This document shows, piece after piece, positions 54,477-63,079 of a stretch of 64,000 bases of DNA. The position numbers were made by a program, and so were the translations under genes. Each line of letters starts with the position of its first letter. Within the stretch, counting starts at the first letter, position 1. A model generated the notes under the pieces. That model did not search any database. It was not told where the DNA came from and saw only the letters and a list, made by a program, of their open reading frames with translations. The DNA comes from a virus. Location of the stretch: the IMG/VR virus record IMGVR_UViG_3300036466_000103, positions 1-64,000 of that record. One strand, given 5' to 3'.

Positions 54477-54640
54477 CTCAGAAATACACTTTACGAGCAA
54501 TGGCAAACAACTATAAGAATGGTCATTCATGGGATCATCTGGATGGTGAGGTTGTGTTACTGGCTGCCGATGAAATTGAACGTTTAGAAACAGAACTTAA
54601 AGAGGCTCGTGACGTAATCAAAATGCTTCAAGGTCGGTGA
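54473..54640 (+). CDS. hypothetical protein (55 aa)
   Basis: ATGA overlap with the upstream gene. Not in the ORF track. Confidence 0.45.
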   Translation: MTQKYTLRAMANNYKNGHSWDHLDGEVVLLAADEIERLETELKEARDVIKMLQGR

Positions 54641-54650
54641 GGTAGAATAA

Positions 54651-54833
54651 ATGACTAACATAGTAAACGTGCGTACTGTAAACAACCGACAAGCTAAAGG
54701 GGTGATCGTCACTGCTGAAACTCTCCTTGACTTCCGCCGTCTTTTGCAATATGGTATGTTTGGAGATGGTGAGCGCAAGAAGGGTGCCGAACACGTTGTT
54801 CGTGTTCTTGAAGACTTTTATAATCGAATCTAA
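54651..54833 (+). CDS. hypothetical protein
   Basis: ORF track entry. Confidence 0.55.
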   Translation: MTNIVNVRTVNNRQAKGVIVTAETLLDFRRLLQYGMFGDGERKKGAEHVVRVLEDFYNRI

Positions 54834-54847
54834 TCAGGAGAAGTTCT

Positions 54848-55180
54848 TTGCAACAGAATAATAGCGGTACACAAGGAATGAACACAGAGCTTAAAGTTGG
54901 TATGCTTGCAATGATTATCAATGTAGAGCGTCCACAGAACGCAGACAAGATTGGTATAGTAGTCACGATTCTTGATCTGATGGATTTACAGCAGTCGAAA
55001 GAATATTTCCTGCTATACCGGGATAAGGAAGTTACACACCCTTACGCCATAGTTGAGGGTGCTGGGAATGGTACGAGTATTCGACAAGATTACTTAATAC
55101 CACTCCCGCCACTTGGAGACGTATATGACCAAGAAATGATGGATGAGATGGAAAACACTAAGATTTACACACATAACTAA
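54848..55180 (+). CDS. hypothetical protein
   Basis: TTG start 7 nt after AGGAG. Confidence 0.55.
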   Translation: MQQNNSGTQGMNTELKVGMLAMIINVERPQNADKIGIVVTILDLMDLQQSKEYFLLYRDKEVTHPYAIVEGAGNGTSIRQDYLIPLPPLGDVYDQEMMDEMENTKIYTHN

Positions 55181-55196
55181 GAAAGGAGAAGTAAAG

Positions 55197-55664
55197 ATGA
55201 AACTAGTTGAATTGTTGGTGTTGGAATTTACAAATGGTGAGCTGAAAGGCCTTAACCCTGTAGATTGGCCTGAAGATGTTGTTGCTTCCCAGTCCTATGG
55301 TGAAGTGCAATTTGAGGGTTGGGAATACTTGTATAAATCAAACTCTGGGTCTGAGTGGATGACCACTGTAAGTTTTGATGTGGATGGTCGTCTAAAGTAC
55401 GTTGGTGAGTATGACGACAGCGAAGAAGTGTCTCGTGCTGAATACTTTGCTTTTGTCGAAGAGAATCCAAACTTTGTAGCAGATCTGGAAGCCAAGCGTA
55501 AGACTAACGTTGGGCGTATTGCTGAGCTTAACAAGATTGCATATGATGCTGTTGATGAGGCTATCAAGCTCTCTGAGGAAGCTGGTCTGCTTTATACATG
55601 CAGCATGCCTTCTAGCGTAGCAGACCTGGACGCCAATAGCGGTTGGGACTCCAGTTCCTGCTGA
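55197..55664 (+). CDS. hypothetical acidic protein
   Basis: ATG 55197 follows AAAGGAGAAG. Confidence 0.6.
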   Translation: MKLVELLVLEFTNGELKGLNPVDWPEDVVASQSYGEVQFEGWEYLYKSNSGSEWMTTVSFDVDGRLKYVGEYDDSEEVSRAEYFAFVEENPNFVADLEAKRKTNVGRIAELNKIAYDAVDEAIKLSEEAGLLYTCSMPSSVADLDANSGWDSSSC

Positions 55665-55712
55665 TACTATATTGATACTACACATTGCCCAGCAAACGCT
55701 GGGCTTTCTTTC

Positions 55713-56666
55713 ATGCACAAGCAAGGACTACGAAAATTGCTTCTTATCGGATCTAAAGCTCTCGTTGCCAATGGTATACAGATTGGACGTATTCCTTCTG
55801 ACACGGACTACATCTGTACATTTGAGCAGTTCCAAGCGTGGACAAGAGAGAACAAAGCAATCATTAAGCATTGTGTTCCGTTGAGTGACACTAAATTTCA
55901 TGTACTCTCTCACGAAGGGCATAATTACGAGTTTGAGATTGCCTGGGAAAATACTGCTGCTCGTTCCTTGTTGGATACATACGATGGTGAAGGTGTAGCC
56001 TCCATTGACTGGTGCTATGCTCTAAAGATGAGTCATCGTTACCTGAAGAATAGCGCTCACTTCCTCAAGACCATACGTGACATTCAACTGTTGCAAGAAT
56101 TGGTAAGTGAAGACGCACATCTGATCATTGCGAGCGATTGGTTTAAGCAGCGTGAGAAAGAGACTTACACATACAAACACCCTAAGCTTGATGTGAATAA
56201 GGATGAGTTCTTTACTAGTGATGGTGTACAATATGTGTATGACCATGACAGTTTGCATAAGGCTGTTGCCATCCTTGAAGGTTGGACGGGGCGCTTCGAG
56301 ATTGTGTACCCTAAGCCTGCATACACTTTCTATATGAAAGATGGCTCAGAGGTAATGACCTCAAAAGAGAAGTTCTTTACTGTAGACGAAAAGATACGTC
56401 TGTACGGTGTCTATGAAGAGTGCAGCGTGCTGGCTTTAGAGCGTTCACAAATTCCTCATGGTCTAGGTAAGGAAGATGGTCCAACGGCTCGCTGGAGCTT
56501 TGAAATGGCTCTTATGAAGGTGTGTACATCTGTGACATCAGGCTGGTTCAGAGAGTGGGCGTATAACAACTACGACAAAGTGCTTGACTTGTACGAACAG
56601 ATGGGAGAAGATAATTATATCAACAGGTTTGAGGTAAACTCTCATTTGTTAGAACCTTATAAATAA
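55713..56666 (+). CDS. hypothetical protein with a possible minimal nucleotidyltransferase motif
   Basis: LLLIGSKALVANGIQIGRIPSDTDYI fits the hG[GS]-x(9-15)-D-x-D pattern. The evidence is weak. Confidence 0.3.
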   Translation: MHKQGLRKLLLIGSKALVANGIQIGRIPSDTDYICTFEQFQAWTRENKAIIKHCVPLSDTKFHVLSHEGHNYEFEIAWENTAARSLLDTYDGEGVASIDWCYALKMSHRYLKNSAHFLKTIRDIQLLQELVSEDAHLIIASDWFKQREKETYTYKHPKLDVNKDEFFTSDGVQYVYDHDSLHKAVAILEGWTGRFEIVYPKPAYTFYMKDGSEVMTSKEKFFTVDEKIRLYGVYEECSVLALERSQIPHGLGKEDGPTARWSFEMALMKVCTSVTSGWFREWAYNNYDKVLDLYEQMGEDNYINRFEVNSHLLEPYK

Positions 56667-56686
56667 AACCTAAAGGAGATACAAAC

Positions 56687-57046
56687 ATGACTAATTTTAA
56701 AGCTGGTGACGTTGTTAAGCGTGTACGTGGTGGAAGCTTCAATCGTGTTCGAGAAGGTGGTGTATATACTATTGATCATGTGGATGGTCATCGAAATATT
56801 ACGTTGGCTGAGGTTTCCGGCGGGTATGATCCTGATATGTTTATCCTGCACAAAGAACTGCATATTGTAAACCTTGCTGTCTGCCACGAAGTGGCAGCTC
56901 TTGATAAACAAATGCGAGATTGTAGGGATTCCCTTAAGATCCTCAAGGATGTATACGAGCAACAAGCTAATATCCGACAGGCTGAGATTGATACTCTGGA
57001 AGCTTCTCTTTCAGCACTTAAAACCAAATATAATATTGAGGGCTAA
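56687..57046 (+). CDS. hypothetical protein
   Basis: RBS AAAGGAG. Confidence 0.6.
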   Translation: MTNFKAGDVVKRVRGGSFNRVREGGVYTIDHVDGHRNITLAEVSGGYDPDMFILHKELHIVNLAVCHEVAALDKQMRDCRDSLKILKDVYEQQANIRQAEIDTLEASLSALKTKYNIEG

Positions 57047-57051
57047 GATTT

Positions 57052-57258
57052 ATGAGCAATGTAACCGAAGCACGTTCCCAGGCAATTTCTGATTGTAAAT
57101 ACGCCCTCAGCCTTGGTCGTACAGCCTTCAACCAACACATCAATATTTGGTGTAATTTCACAAGCCCAATGGTTGACAACGACTTCGATCACGAGTACCT
57201 TACAGCTCTGATTGAAATTAAAACTAAAGAAGGGACTGAAGAATGTCTTTTAGCCTAG
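57052..57258 (+). CDS. hypothetical protein
   Basis: ORF track entry. Confidence 0.55.
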   Translation: MSNVTEARSQAISDCKYALSLGRTAFNQHINIWCNFTSPMVDNDFDHEYLTALIEIKTKEGTEECLLA

Positions 57259-57419
57259 CAGCACAAGCTAAACAACTCCTGGAATCGGCCGGCTACTCCT
57301 TTGTAAAACGTGCAGAGGATGGGTGGTGGACTATGCAAGATGGTGACAATACAGTTGCCATTAACCGCTCCCTGGGTGATCTTATCCGAGAGCAAGCAAA
57401 TAAAGAGGGTGCTTGGTGA
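57243..57419 (+). CDS. hypothetical protein (58 aa)
   Basis: Overlapping start and stop. Not in the ORF track. Confidence 0.45.
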   Translation: MSFSLAAQAKQLLESAGYSFVKRAEDGWWTMQDGDNTVAINRSLGDLIREQANKEGAW

Positions 57420-57685
57420 TGATTGTTGAAATTGTGCGTGAGGATGAAAAGGCTACATTCCGTGTTGGTGAGCTTGTGGAACTCAACAGGGCATTGTTTG
57501 ACGGTGACTTTGGTTACATTCTGTTGGTGACGAAATCTCATCCGAGTGAGAGCCTGTTTGAAGGAACTGTTGTACAAGTGGACGATGACATTAAAGTAGA
57601 CTTCCCACTAGGGTACAATCTATCTGGGTACAGCAAAGATAAGTTTATTAAGTTCCGTGGAACGCTGAAGCTGACGCAAGGGTGA
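57419..57685 (+). CDS. hypothetical protein, paralog of 58105..58356
   Basis: TGATG overlap. Shared pattern F.VG(E/D)LVE...(I/V)(L/V)VT...F.GTVVQ...F.G.L.L. Confidence 0.55.
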   Translation: MIVEIVREDEKATFRVGELVELNRALFDGDFGYILLVTKSHPSESLFEGTVVQVDDDIKVDFPLGYNLSGYSKDKFIKFRGTLKLTQG

Positions 57686-57688
57686 TTT

Positions 57689-58108
57689 ATGACAGCCAAT
57701 CCACAACTAGTAAAAGAGCGAGATATCTCCCATGAGGATGTAGCTCGTATTAACAACCTCCATCGTGAGCTTGAGACTTGTCTTGTTGAATCAGATGATT
57801 ACTTGCGTGAGACTCCACGAGGGGTGATATACCACTGGTTTGAAGGCATTGAGATAGCCCTACATCAGCTTTGGGGCTTCCCTTGTGACACTATGTACCA
57901 TACGTGGAAGAATTGCCTCACAGAGCGTTACAGGCAGCTTGACTACGTTGGCGTTACCTACCGTTGCCCAGCAACAGGCATGGAGCGCACTGTCGAAGAC
58001 AAAGATGTCACGACACACAAGAACTCCCTGTTTGGAGTTGGTAATGGCTTTATTGACTTCGCAGGGTATAATGTACGAATCGTTGGTAATTTGGAGAGAT
58101 TGGCATGA
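57689..58108 (+). CDS. hypothetical protein
   Basis: ORF track entry. Confidence 0.6.
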   Translation: MTANPQLVKERDISHEDVARINNLHRELETCLVESDDYLRETPRGVIYHWFEGIEIALHQLWGFPCDTMYHTWKNCLTERYRQLDYVGVTYRCPATGMERTVEDKDVTTHKNSLFGVGNGFIDFAGYNVRIVGNLERLA

Positions 58109-58356
58109 AAGCAACAATTGAACGAAATGAAGATGTAAAAGAAGGCTTTAATGTGGGTGATTTGGTTGAGTATCGTGATGATGATTGCCAGTATATCGTA
58201 GTTGTGACAGACCCCAGTCGTACAGGGTTCTCAATGCGCACATTCCGTGGGACGGTAGTCCAGTCTTCTTATGAGGAGAGAACAGTCGGCACGGATGCAG
58301 ATTGTGTGACAGCAGACTTCACCTTGTTCAAAGGCAAGCTTATCCTGGAGAATTAA
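58105..58356 (+). CDS. hypothetical protein, paralog of 57419..57685
   Basis: ATGA overlap. Shares the motif pattern noted for 57419..57685. Confidence 0.55.
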   Translation: MKATIERNEDVKEGFNVGDLVEYRDDDCQYIVVVTDPSRTGFSMRTFRGTVVQSSYEERTVGTDADCVTADFTLFKGKLILEN

Positions 58357-58512
58357 ATGAGTAGTAGTCGAAAGAAACATTGGAGCTTCTTATGGTTAGA
58401 ATATAGCCGTGTTGGGTATGTTGAAGCTCTGACATTGTTTGGCTTCCATCTCTATCGTCGTTGTGGTAGTCTTATTGAAGTGTGCGGTATTAATTGGAGG
58501 GTTGAGAGTTGA
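58357..58512 (+). CDS. hypothetical protein (51 aa)
   Basis: The ATG directly follows the upstream TAA. Not in the ORF track. Confidence 0.4.
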   Translation: MSSSRKKHWSFLWLEYSRVGYVEALTLFGFHLYRRCGSLIEVCGINWRVES

Positions 58513-58667
58513 ACAAGGAAGATCTTATTGAGTTCTTGCGTGATAACTTAAAGATTGCGGTTAGCCACGAGAGTGCAACGTGGAATGAATCAGAACGTAT
58601 CACAGTAAGCCTAATCCTAGGTGGTGAAACCATTAGTGAGGAATACACGTATGTCTTCAATAGTTGA
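58509..58667 (+). CDS. hypothetical protein (52 aa, TTG start)
   Basis: RBS GGAGGG. The start overlaps the upstream stop. Confidence 0.4.
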   Translation: MNKEDLIEFLRDNLKIAVSHESATWNESERITVSLILGGETISEEYTYVFNS

Positions 58668-58926
58668 CACAATTATCCAAAAGCTTCAACCTAGTATGCA
58701 AGAGTATGCAGACAATGCTCAGTTCTACCATTGGATGGACTACGCTTGTGAGTTGGATGAGCTTGACTTGCTCAACTTCGCAGATGACAAGGAGGGCTTT
58801 GTCTCTCACATCAATAATCGAATGAGTGGTTATCCTTCTGCACATGCTCTACATCATGCTTGCTGTGATGTTGCATCCACTGTAGAATCTTTGGTTCCTG
58901 AGTATCGAGGCTTGTTCGTCTACTAA
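58651..58926 (+). CDS. hypothetical protein
   Basis: ATG 58651 follows GAGGAA. Confidence 0.55.
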   Translation: MSSIVDTIIQKLQPSMQEYADNAQFYHWMDYACELDELDLLNFADDKEGFVSHINNRMSGYPSAHALHHACCDVASTVESLVPEYRGLFVY

Positions 58927-58980
58927 AGGCAAACCCATACAACAGCAGCACGTAAACACAAATAGATTTTAAGGAATAGC

Positions 58981-59130
58981 ATGACTTCTGTAGTTCGTTT
59001 TGAAAGCACTAAACGTAAGCTGGATTGGAAACAAGAAGAAACATTGCGTGAGGGTAAGAAGAAGAGTAAGCGTGTCCGCGATAGTCGCATTCAAGGGCGA
59101 GAAATGAAAACAATTGGAGATGATGAATGA
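58981..59130 (+). CDS. hypothetical basic protein (49 aa)
   Basis: RBS AAGGAA. Its stop overlaps the next ATG. Confidence 0.4.
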   Translation: MTSVVRFESTKRKLDWKQEETLREGKKKSKRVRDSRIQGREMKTIGDDE

Positions 59131-59360
59131 GTGTAACAATCGTTTCAGTAAACCTTAAAACAGAGTCTGGTGACAGCTACCTGTACACCTACGATAACGT
59201 TGAGGGTCCAGAAGAGTTTGTTGAGCTTGCCGAGAAAGACCTGGGTGAAGAGCTTGAATATGTCTACGATTTTGACATCAACGTGATGTACAGCCGTCAT
59301 GAACATGAAGATTTTGTTCAGGCACTCTGGAAACGTATTTCTGAAATGGGAGATGAATAA
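59127..59360 (+). CDS. hypothetical acidic protein
   Basis: ORF track entry. Confidence 0.6.
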   Translation: MSVTIVSVNLKTESGDSYLYTYDNVEGPEEFVELAEKDLGEELEYVYDFDINVMYSRHEHEDFVQALWKRISEMGDE

Positions 59361-59599
59361 TGTCTGAATTTGACGTTCGTAAAGATGTAGCAGCAGAGAT
59401 TACAAGTATTCGGTTTTCAAATTATGAGGTTTGTGGCACAACTGTAGCTAGTACGTTGCACAAAGTTGATGATCGTTTGCATGTCCGAGACGCAGACTAC
59501 GGTGAAGGTAATGCAGGTTATCTTGTAATCGCAAACAAGAGTCATGCAGAAAACTTAATCCTTGCCTTGAATAAAGCAATCAGTCTTGGTTGGCTGTAA
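59360..59599 (+). CDS. hypothetical protein
   Basis: TAATG overlap with the upstream gene. Confidence 0.6.
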   Translation: MSEFDVRKDVAAEITSIRFSNYEVCGTTVASTLHKVDDRLHVRDADYGEGNAGYLVIANKSHAENLILALNKAISLGWL

Positions 59600-59617
59600 T
59601 AGTTTAATGAGATGACT

Positions 59618-59645
59618 GCCCCGCTAATGCGGGGCTTTCTTTTTG
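59618..59645 (+). terminator. rho-independent terminator ending the long rightward unit
   Basis: Stem GCCCCGC/GCGGGGC, loop TAAT, then TTTCTTTTTG. Confidence 0.8.
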
Positions 59646-59659
59646 TCTGGAATTTGGAT

Positions 59660-59885
59660 TAGATAAGTGTGGCTAAGGCTCTAATGCTTACGTAGATGTA
59701 GCTAAGCCGGTGTGGGGTCAAAATTTCACTGTGAAAAATAAAATTTTAGATTCGGCTGGAAGTGTTTCCTAGATGTAGCTAACACTTCTTAGTGAGCAAG
59801 CGACTATAGATGTGGCTAAGGGTGTTATCAAAACCTACGCCTATAGATGTGGCTAACAACTTAATTTTCCTAGATGTAGCTAAGG
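59660..59885. repeat. array of six direct iterons, consensus TAGATGT(A/G)GCTAA(G)(G)
   Basis: Copies at 59660-78 (variant TAGATAAGTGTGGCTAAGG), 59693-706, 59770-82, 59807-21, 59844-56 and 59871-85. All share one orientation and lie in non-coding DNA. Confidence 0.8.
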
Positions 59886-60058
59886 CTCTCTTAGCGTAGC
59901 GCGGGTACGCCAGGGGCTTGAGAATTGCTCTCATTTACGCCTGAGAATAGGAATCCTTCTCAGATACATCCCTTAACGACTCTCATTCCTATTTAGGTTT
60001 TCTAAGGAAAAAGGTATCGGGCACACTCCCGCCTCCAGATTCCTGACGACGTTTTTGA

Positions 60059-60087
60059 ATACTAAGCCATGTCCTGGCATATGTCAA
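60059..60087 (-). promoter_or_regulatory. leftward sigma70-type promoter pointing into the structured region and iterons
   Basis: On the minus strand: TTGACA-17 nt-TAGTAT. Confidence 0.5.
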
Positions 60088-60367
60088 CAAAAGATTTATC
60101 TAGCAAAAAGCGTGCCAATCTAGAAAGACGCCCACCCTCCCCGTCTTGAATTCCAGTGTCTGGCCTCCCGGCTTTCGTTCCTGCGTGTGAGTAGAATAGC
60201 AGCCGAGCCAGGATATGCAAGCTTTATTTTCTAAGAGAATGCCAAAGAAAAGGCTTGCAAGTTCCCTGGTGAGTGTGGTATTCGCGTGTGTGCGTTCCTT
60301 TATAGGCTGGTAATGTTTACTTCCTGGTGGTCGTCAGCATCCTTTGAAATTCTTTTCAGAAACATGC

Positions 60368-60395
60368 TTGACTCGTTTTCTAATAGGCGTACACT
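60368..60395 (+). promoter_or_regulatory. promoter of the TTTTCTAA-spacer class
   Basis: TTGACT-cgTTTTCTAAtaggcg-TACACT. Confidence 0.55.
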
Positions 60396-60435
60396 TGCCC
60401 ATATCGAAAGCAAACAAGCTAAAGGAACACGAAAA

Positions 60436-60633
60436 ATGGACATTCAGGAACAAGCCCGGATCATCCGCCGTGACGGTATTATTCTTGACCGTTTCGACCG
60501 TGAAAAGGGAGACGGCTTGGTAACTGGTTTGTCCATTGAGTACCAAGGTAATGAGTGGTTTATTCGGATGAAAAACGGCGTAGTATTGTCTTGCCGCAAC
60601 CTTGAAATAGCCTCTAAGGAATTCTTCAAATGA
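60436..60633 (+). CDS. hypothetical protein (65 aa)
   Basis: ATG 60436 follows AAAGGA. The upstream part of ORF 60286 covers the promoter. Confidence 0.55.
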   Translation: MDIQEQARIIRRDGIILDRFDREKGDGLVTGLSIEYQGNEWFIRMKNGVVLSCRNLEIASKEFFK

Positions 60634-60938
60634 AAGAGCATAACGAAAAAGGTCACATTAACATTTTCAAACGTGACCACGATAGCGTCATTACTGGCTT
60701 TGGTAAACATGATCGTGTAGTCGCATTTTTACCCGATCATGAAGGTCTGTATGTCCGTGTTGATCATTTGTGGAACCTGGGTTGCCCCAGTAATGAGGAG
60801 ATTTTGAAGGCAGCCAAAGCAGACCAAGGAATACGCGGTAAATGGGAGTTCACCAAGGCTGATAAGTGGGATGACGACTCCAGTACAGACTATTATTTTA
60901 AACGTACTCAGGGTAAAGACAATGCCAAAACACGCTGA
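60630..60938 (+). CDS. hypothetical protein
   Basis: ATGA overlap with the upstream gene. Confidence 0.6.
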   Translation: MKEHNEKGHINIFKRDHDSVITGFGKHDRVVAFLPDHEGLYVRVDHLWNLGCPSNEEILKAAKADQGIRGKWEFTKADKWDDDSSTDYYFKRTQGKDNAKTR

Positions 60939-61185
60939 TGATTTGCACTATATCAACCAAGGTCTGTTTACCGCCTTTGTTCCCGTCTCTAAAGAAGGCG
61001 AGCAAGCCTGGAATGAGCTTTCCTCTGTCACCGAGGGCACTGGTAAAGTTTTGACAGTGCAAGCTAAAGAATTCATTTACCAGCTGCGTAAAGCCGGGTA
61101 CACTGTTACTAAGGCACCAAAAGTAAAGCCTTTGTCTGCCGACCAGCTTGACAGTATGCTCAAAGAGCTTGACGGACTAATCTAA
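60922..61185 (+). CDS. hypothetical protein
   Basis: ATG 60922 lies within ORF 60871. Confidence 0.55.
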   Translation: MPKHADDLHYINQGLFTAFVPVSKEGEQAWNELSSVTEGTGKVLTVQAKEFIYQLRKAGYTVTKAPKVKPLSADQLDSMLKELDGLI

Positions 61186-61238
61186 TAACCAAAGCCCACC
61201 ACAATAGGTGGGCAACTATTAAGGGTTAAAGGTATCGC

Positions 61239-61622
61239 ATGAAATTGATTCACGGAATGGAACCTGTAGACTTTGATTTGCTTGTGGCTCGTAAATACAA
61301 GCATAAGCGGGACAATGCTCTGGAGCGTAAATTGTCTTTTACCCTCACGTTTGCACAATTTCGTAAAGTGTTCACGCGAAAGCTTTGCACGTACACTGGC
61401 ATTCCCATGACTGTTAGCCTTGCCCGTGAGCAGCCTGAGACAGATTTGACAGTTGAGCGCATCGATAATTCAAAGGGTTATGAGCCAGGAAACGTGGTGG
61501 CTGTTTGCAAGGCTGCAAATGCATTGAAAGCCGTTCTTGAGAATCCTAGTTATTCGCTTGACGTGTCCCATGGTGTGCGTATGTTCGCTAAGATCGCTGA
61601 TTTACAGAAGAAAGTTAAATAG
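61239..61622 (+). CDS. small HNH-type endonuclease-like protein
   Basis: LTVERIDNSKGYEPGNVVAVCKAANALK fits the pattern ..ERID..kGY..gN....C..aN..K. Confidence 0.55.
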   Translation: MKLIHGMEPVDFDLLVARKYKHKRDNALERKLSFTLTFAQFRKVFTRKLCTYTGIPMTVSLAREQPETDLTVERIDNSKGYEPGNVVAVCKAANALKAVLENPSYSLDVSHGVRMFAKIADLQKKVK

Positions 61623-61634
61623 ACGATTATTTTG

Positions 61635-61662
61635 TTGACAGGCTATTTTATTCGTGTAGAAT
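61635..61662 (+). promoter_or_regulatory. sigma70-type promoter
   Basis: TTGACA-16 nt-TAGAAT. Confidence 0.6.
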
Positions 61663-61688
61663 CAGGCTCAAGACAAAGGAGATTCACC

Positions 61689-61844
61689 ATGAAACTGATG
61701 ACCCAAGAGCACGAACAATCCAAACAAGAATTCCGGGAAATTGAATCCTTGGCATTTGCCCACAAAATGGGTGAAAATGGCGGTTTCTTTAAAGTACAGA
61801 TCATTGATGATTTTGGCATTATCTTGGTGGAGTGGAAAGCATGA
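61689..61844 (+). CDS. hypothetical protein (51 aa)
   Basis: ATG 61689 follows AAAGGAG. Confidence 0.5.
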   Translation: MKLMTQEHEQSKQEFREIESLAFAHKMGENGGFFKVQIIDDFGIILVEWKA

Positions 61845-62077
61845 ACACTGTTAAACTGAAAGGAATTCGAGGCGACTTCGAAATCATTCAAGAACAAGGT
61901 ATATTTATAAAGCTGTTGGCTATCAAACCCCAAGTTATTGAGGGACAGGTTTTCGAGCTACCAACTAAGATTGGTTTTAAGGAATGGCAAGAGATGGGTG
62001 GTAGTCTTTCCGATCACTCAAAAATTAAGTACACGTATGGCGAGCTGTCTTGTCACAAAAACCAGATTGTCAACTGA
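61841..62077 (+). CDS. hypothetical protein
   Basis: ATGA overlap with the upstream gene. Confidence 0.55.
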   Translation: MNTVKLKGIRGDFEIIQEQGIFIKLLAIKPQVIEGQVFELPTKIGFKEWQEMGGSLSDHSKIKYTYGELSCHKNQIVN

Positions 62078-62089
62078 GAGAGTGTATTG

Positions 62090-62111
62090 AGCCCCTTCAT
62101 TGGGGCTTTTC
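62090..62111 (+). terminator. rho-independent terminator (reiterated cassette)
   Basis: AGCCCCTTCATTGGGGCTTTT, with an identical core at 63832. Confidence 0.75.
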
Positions 62112-62159
62112 CTTACCTGCAATTCCTTAAAATAAATTCAAATTCCATGAAAACAGTTG

Positions 62160-62187
62160 TTGACTCCTTTTCTAAACCTTGTATAAT
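62160..62187 (+). promoter_or_regulatory. promoter of the TTTTCTAA-spacer class
   Basis: TTGACT-ccTTTTCTAAaccttg-TATAAT. Confidence 0.7.
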
Positions 62188-62237
62188 GGGCGTCAAGAAA
62201 GAGGAAAGCCTCTTTCAACACTAAAGAGAGATAGACC

Positions 62238-62567
62238 ATGAACATTCAACAAGTTGCTAACCTGGTTGTTGCTGAATCCCTGGACATGGAATATGTTAAA
62301 GATTGTGGCGTCACAACTGTTAGTGCTGTCTATCAGAGTGAATATGGCTACAATGGTTTGAGTCCTGTAGCATGCAAAGACTACTTGCAAGGCTTGCCGT
62401 CTGTCTGCACTGTTCCATTCTATAACAGTGGGATTCTTGAACTGTTTGCAAAGCATGGTATCACTCGCAAGACAGATAATGGAAATTGTGGTTTGATTGA
62501 ACAATATTGGGTTGCTTGTGGCAAGGCTTTGTACGCCCATATTATCAAAGAAAATAAATCAAAATAA
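62238..62567 (+). CDS. hypothetical protein
   Basis: ORF track entry. RBS GAGAGA. Confidence 0.6.
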   Translation: MNIQQVANLVVAESLDMEYVKDCGVTTVSAVYQSEYGYNGLSPVACKDYLQGLPSVCTVPFYNSGILELFAKHGITRKTDNGNCGLIEQYWVACGKALYAHIIKENKSK

Positions 62568-62570
62568 AGC

Positions 62571-62598
62571 TTGACCTGTTTTCTAAACACTGTAAAAT
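62571..62598 (+). promoter_or_regulatory. promoter of the TTTTCTAA-spacer class, followed by a leader hairpin
   Basis: TTGACC-tgTTTTCTAAacactg-TAAAAT. Leader hairpin AGGAGGC/GCCTCCT at 62610-62629. Confidence 0.65.
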
Positions 62599-62654
62599 CA
62601 ATCACACAAAGGAGGCGCTTTAGCCTCCTAAGCCAAACACTAGGAATTCTTATT

Positions 62655-63002
62655 ATGAAAACTGCACAATTCTGGAATATCAACAACGTTTCCTCTTTCC
62701 GTGGCCTGGATGTTCGTGATGGTGAAGTTAGCCTGGGCGATAGTGAGTATATCGACTTCCTTAATGAGATTTATGGCGATGTTGAAGTATGTGGATATTC
62801 TTATGGGGCTGGTGATGTCCTGGAATCTCAAGATCCTACAGCGTTCCGTTGCGGCAAGGCTGACTACGAAAGCGAAATTCAGTCTGAGTTGGAAGATCAA
62901 TTGAGCCGCGAAGATAGTGCAGACATTGAGTTCATCGAAGGTGACGAATATGAATTGTCCGACGATGGAGAAGAGGAAGAAGAAGAAAGCGACGACGAAT
63001 AA
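62655..63002 (+). CDS. very acidic early protein (115 aa) with a poly-Glu/Asp tail
   Basis: ATG 62655. C-terminus ...DDGEEEEEESDDE. Confidence 0.6.
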   Translation: MKTAQFWNINNVSSFRGLDVRDGEVSLGDSEYIDFLNEIYGDVEVCGYSYGAGDVLESQDPTAFRCGKADYESEIQSELEDQLSREDSADIEFIEGDEYELSDDGEEEEEESDDE

Positions 63003-63079
63003 TAGAACATTTATACAGGCACCATGTTAGTGTGGTGCCTTTAGTAAGTGTTTTGTGAGTAGTTTTATTGGAGAACGGT

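Noticed and set aside
59660-59885. Possible CRISPR array, because short direct repeats are separated by unique sequence.
   Set aside because: The repeats are only 13-15 bp and imperfect, and the spacings are irregular and short (27-77 bp start to start). There are no cas genes or leader. The array fits iterons or binding sites far better.
61194-61213. The hairpin GCCCACC/GGTGGGC after 60922-61185, considered as a terminator.
   Set aside because: No U-tract follows it on the + strand (AACTATT). It may be an RNA-stability or processing hairpin, but I do not call it a terminator. The same applies to GGGGCGAAAGCCCC (46033-46046) and GAACAGCA/TGCTGTTC (39492-39517).
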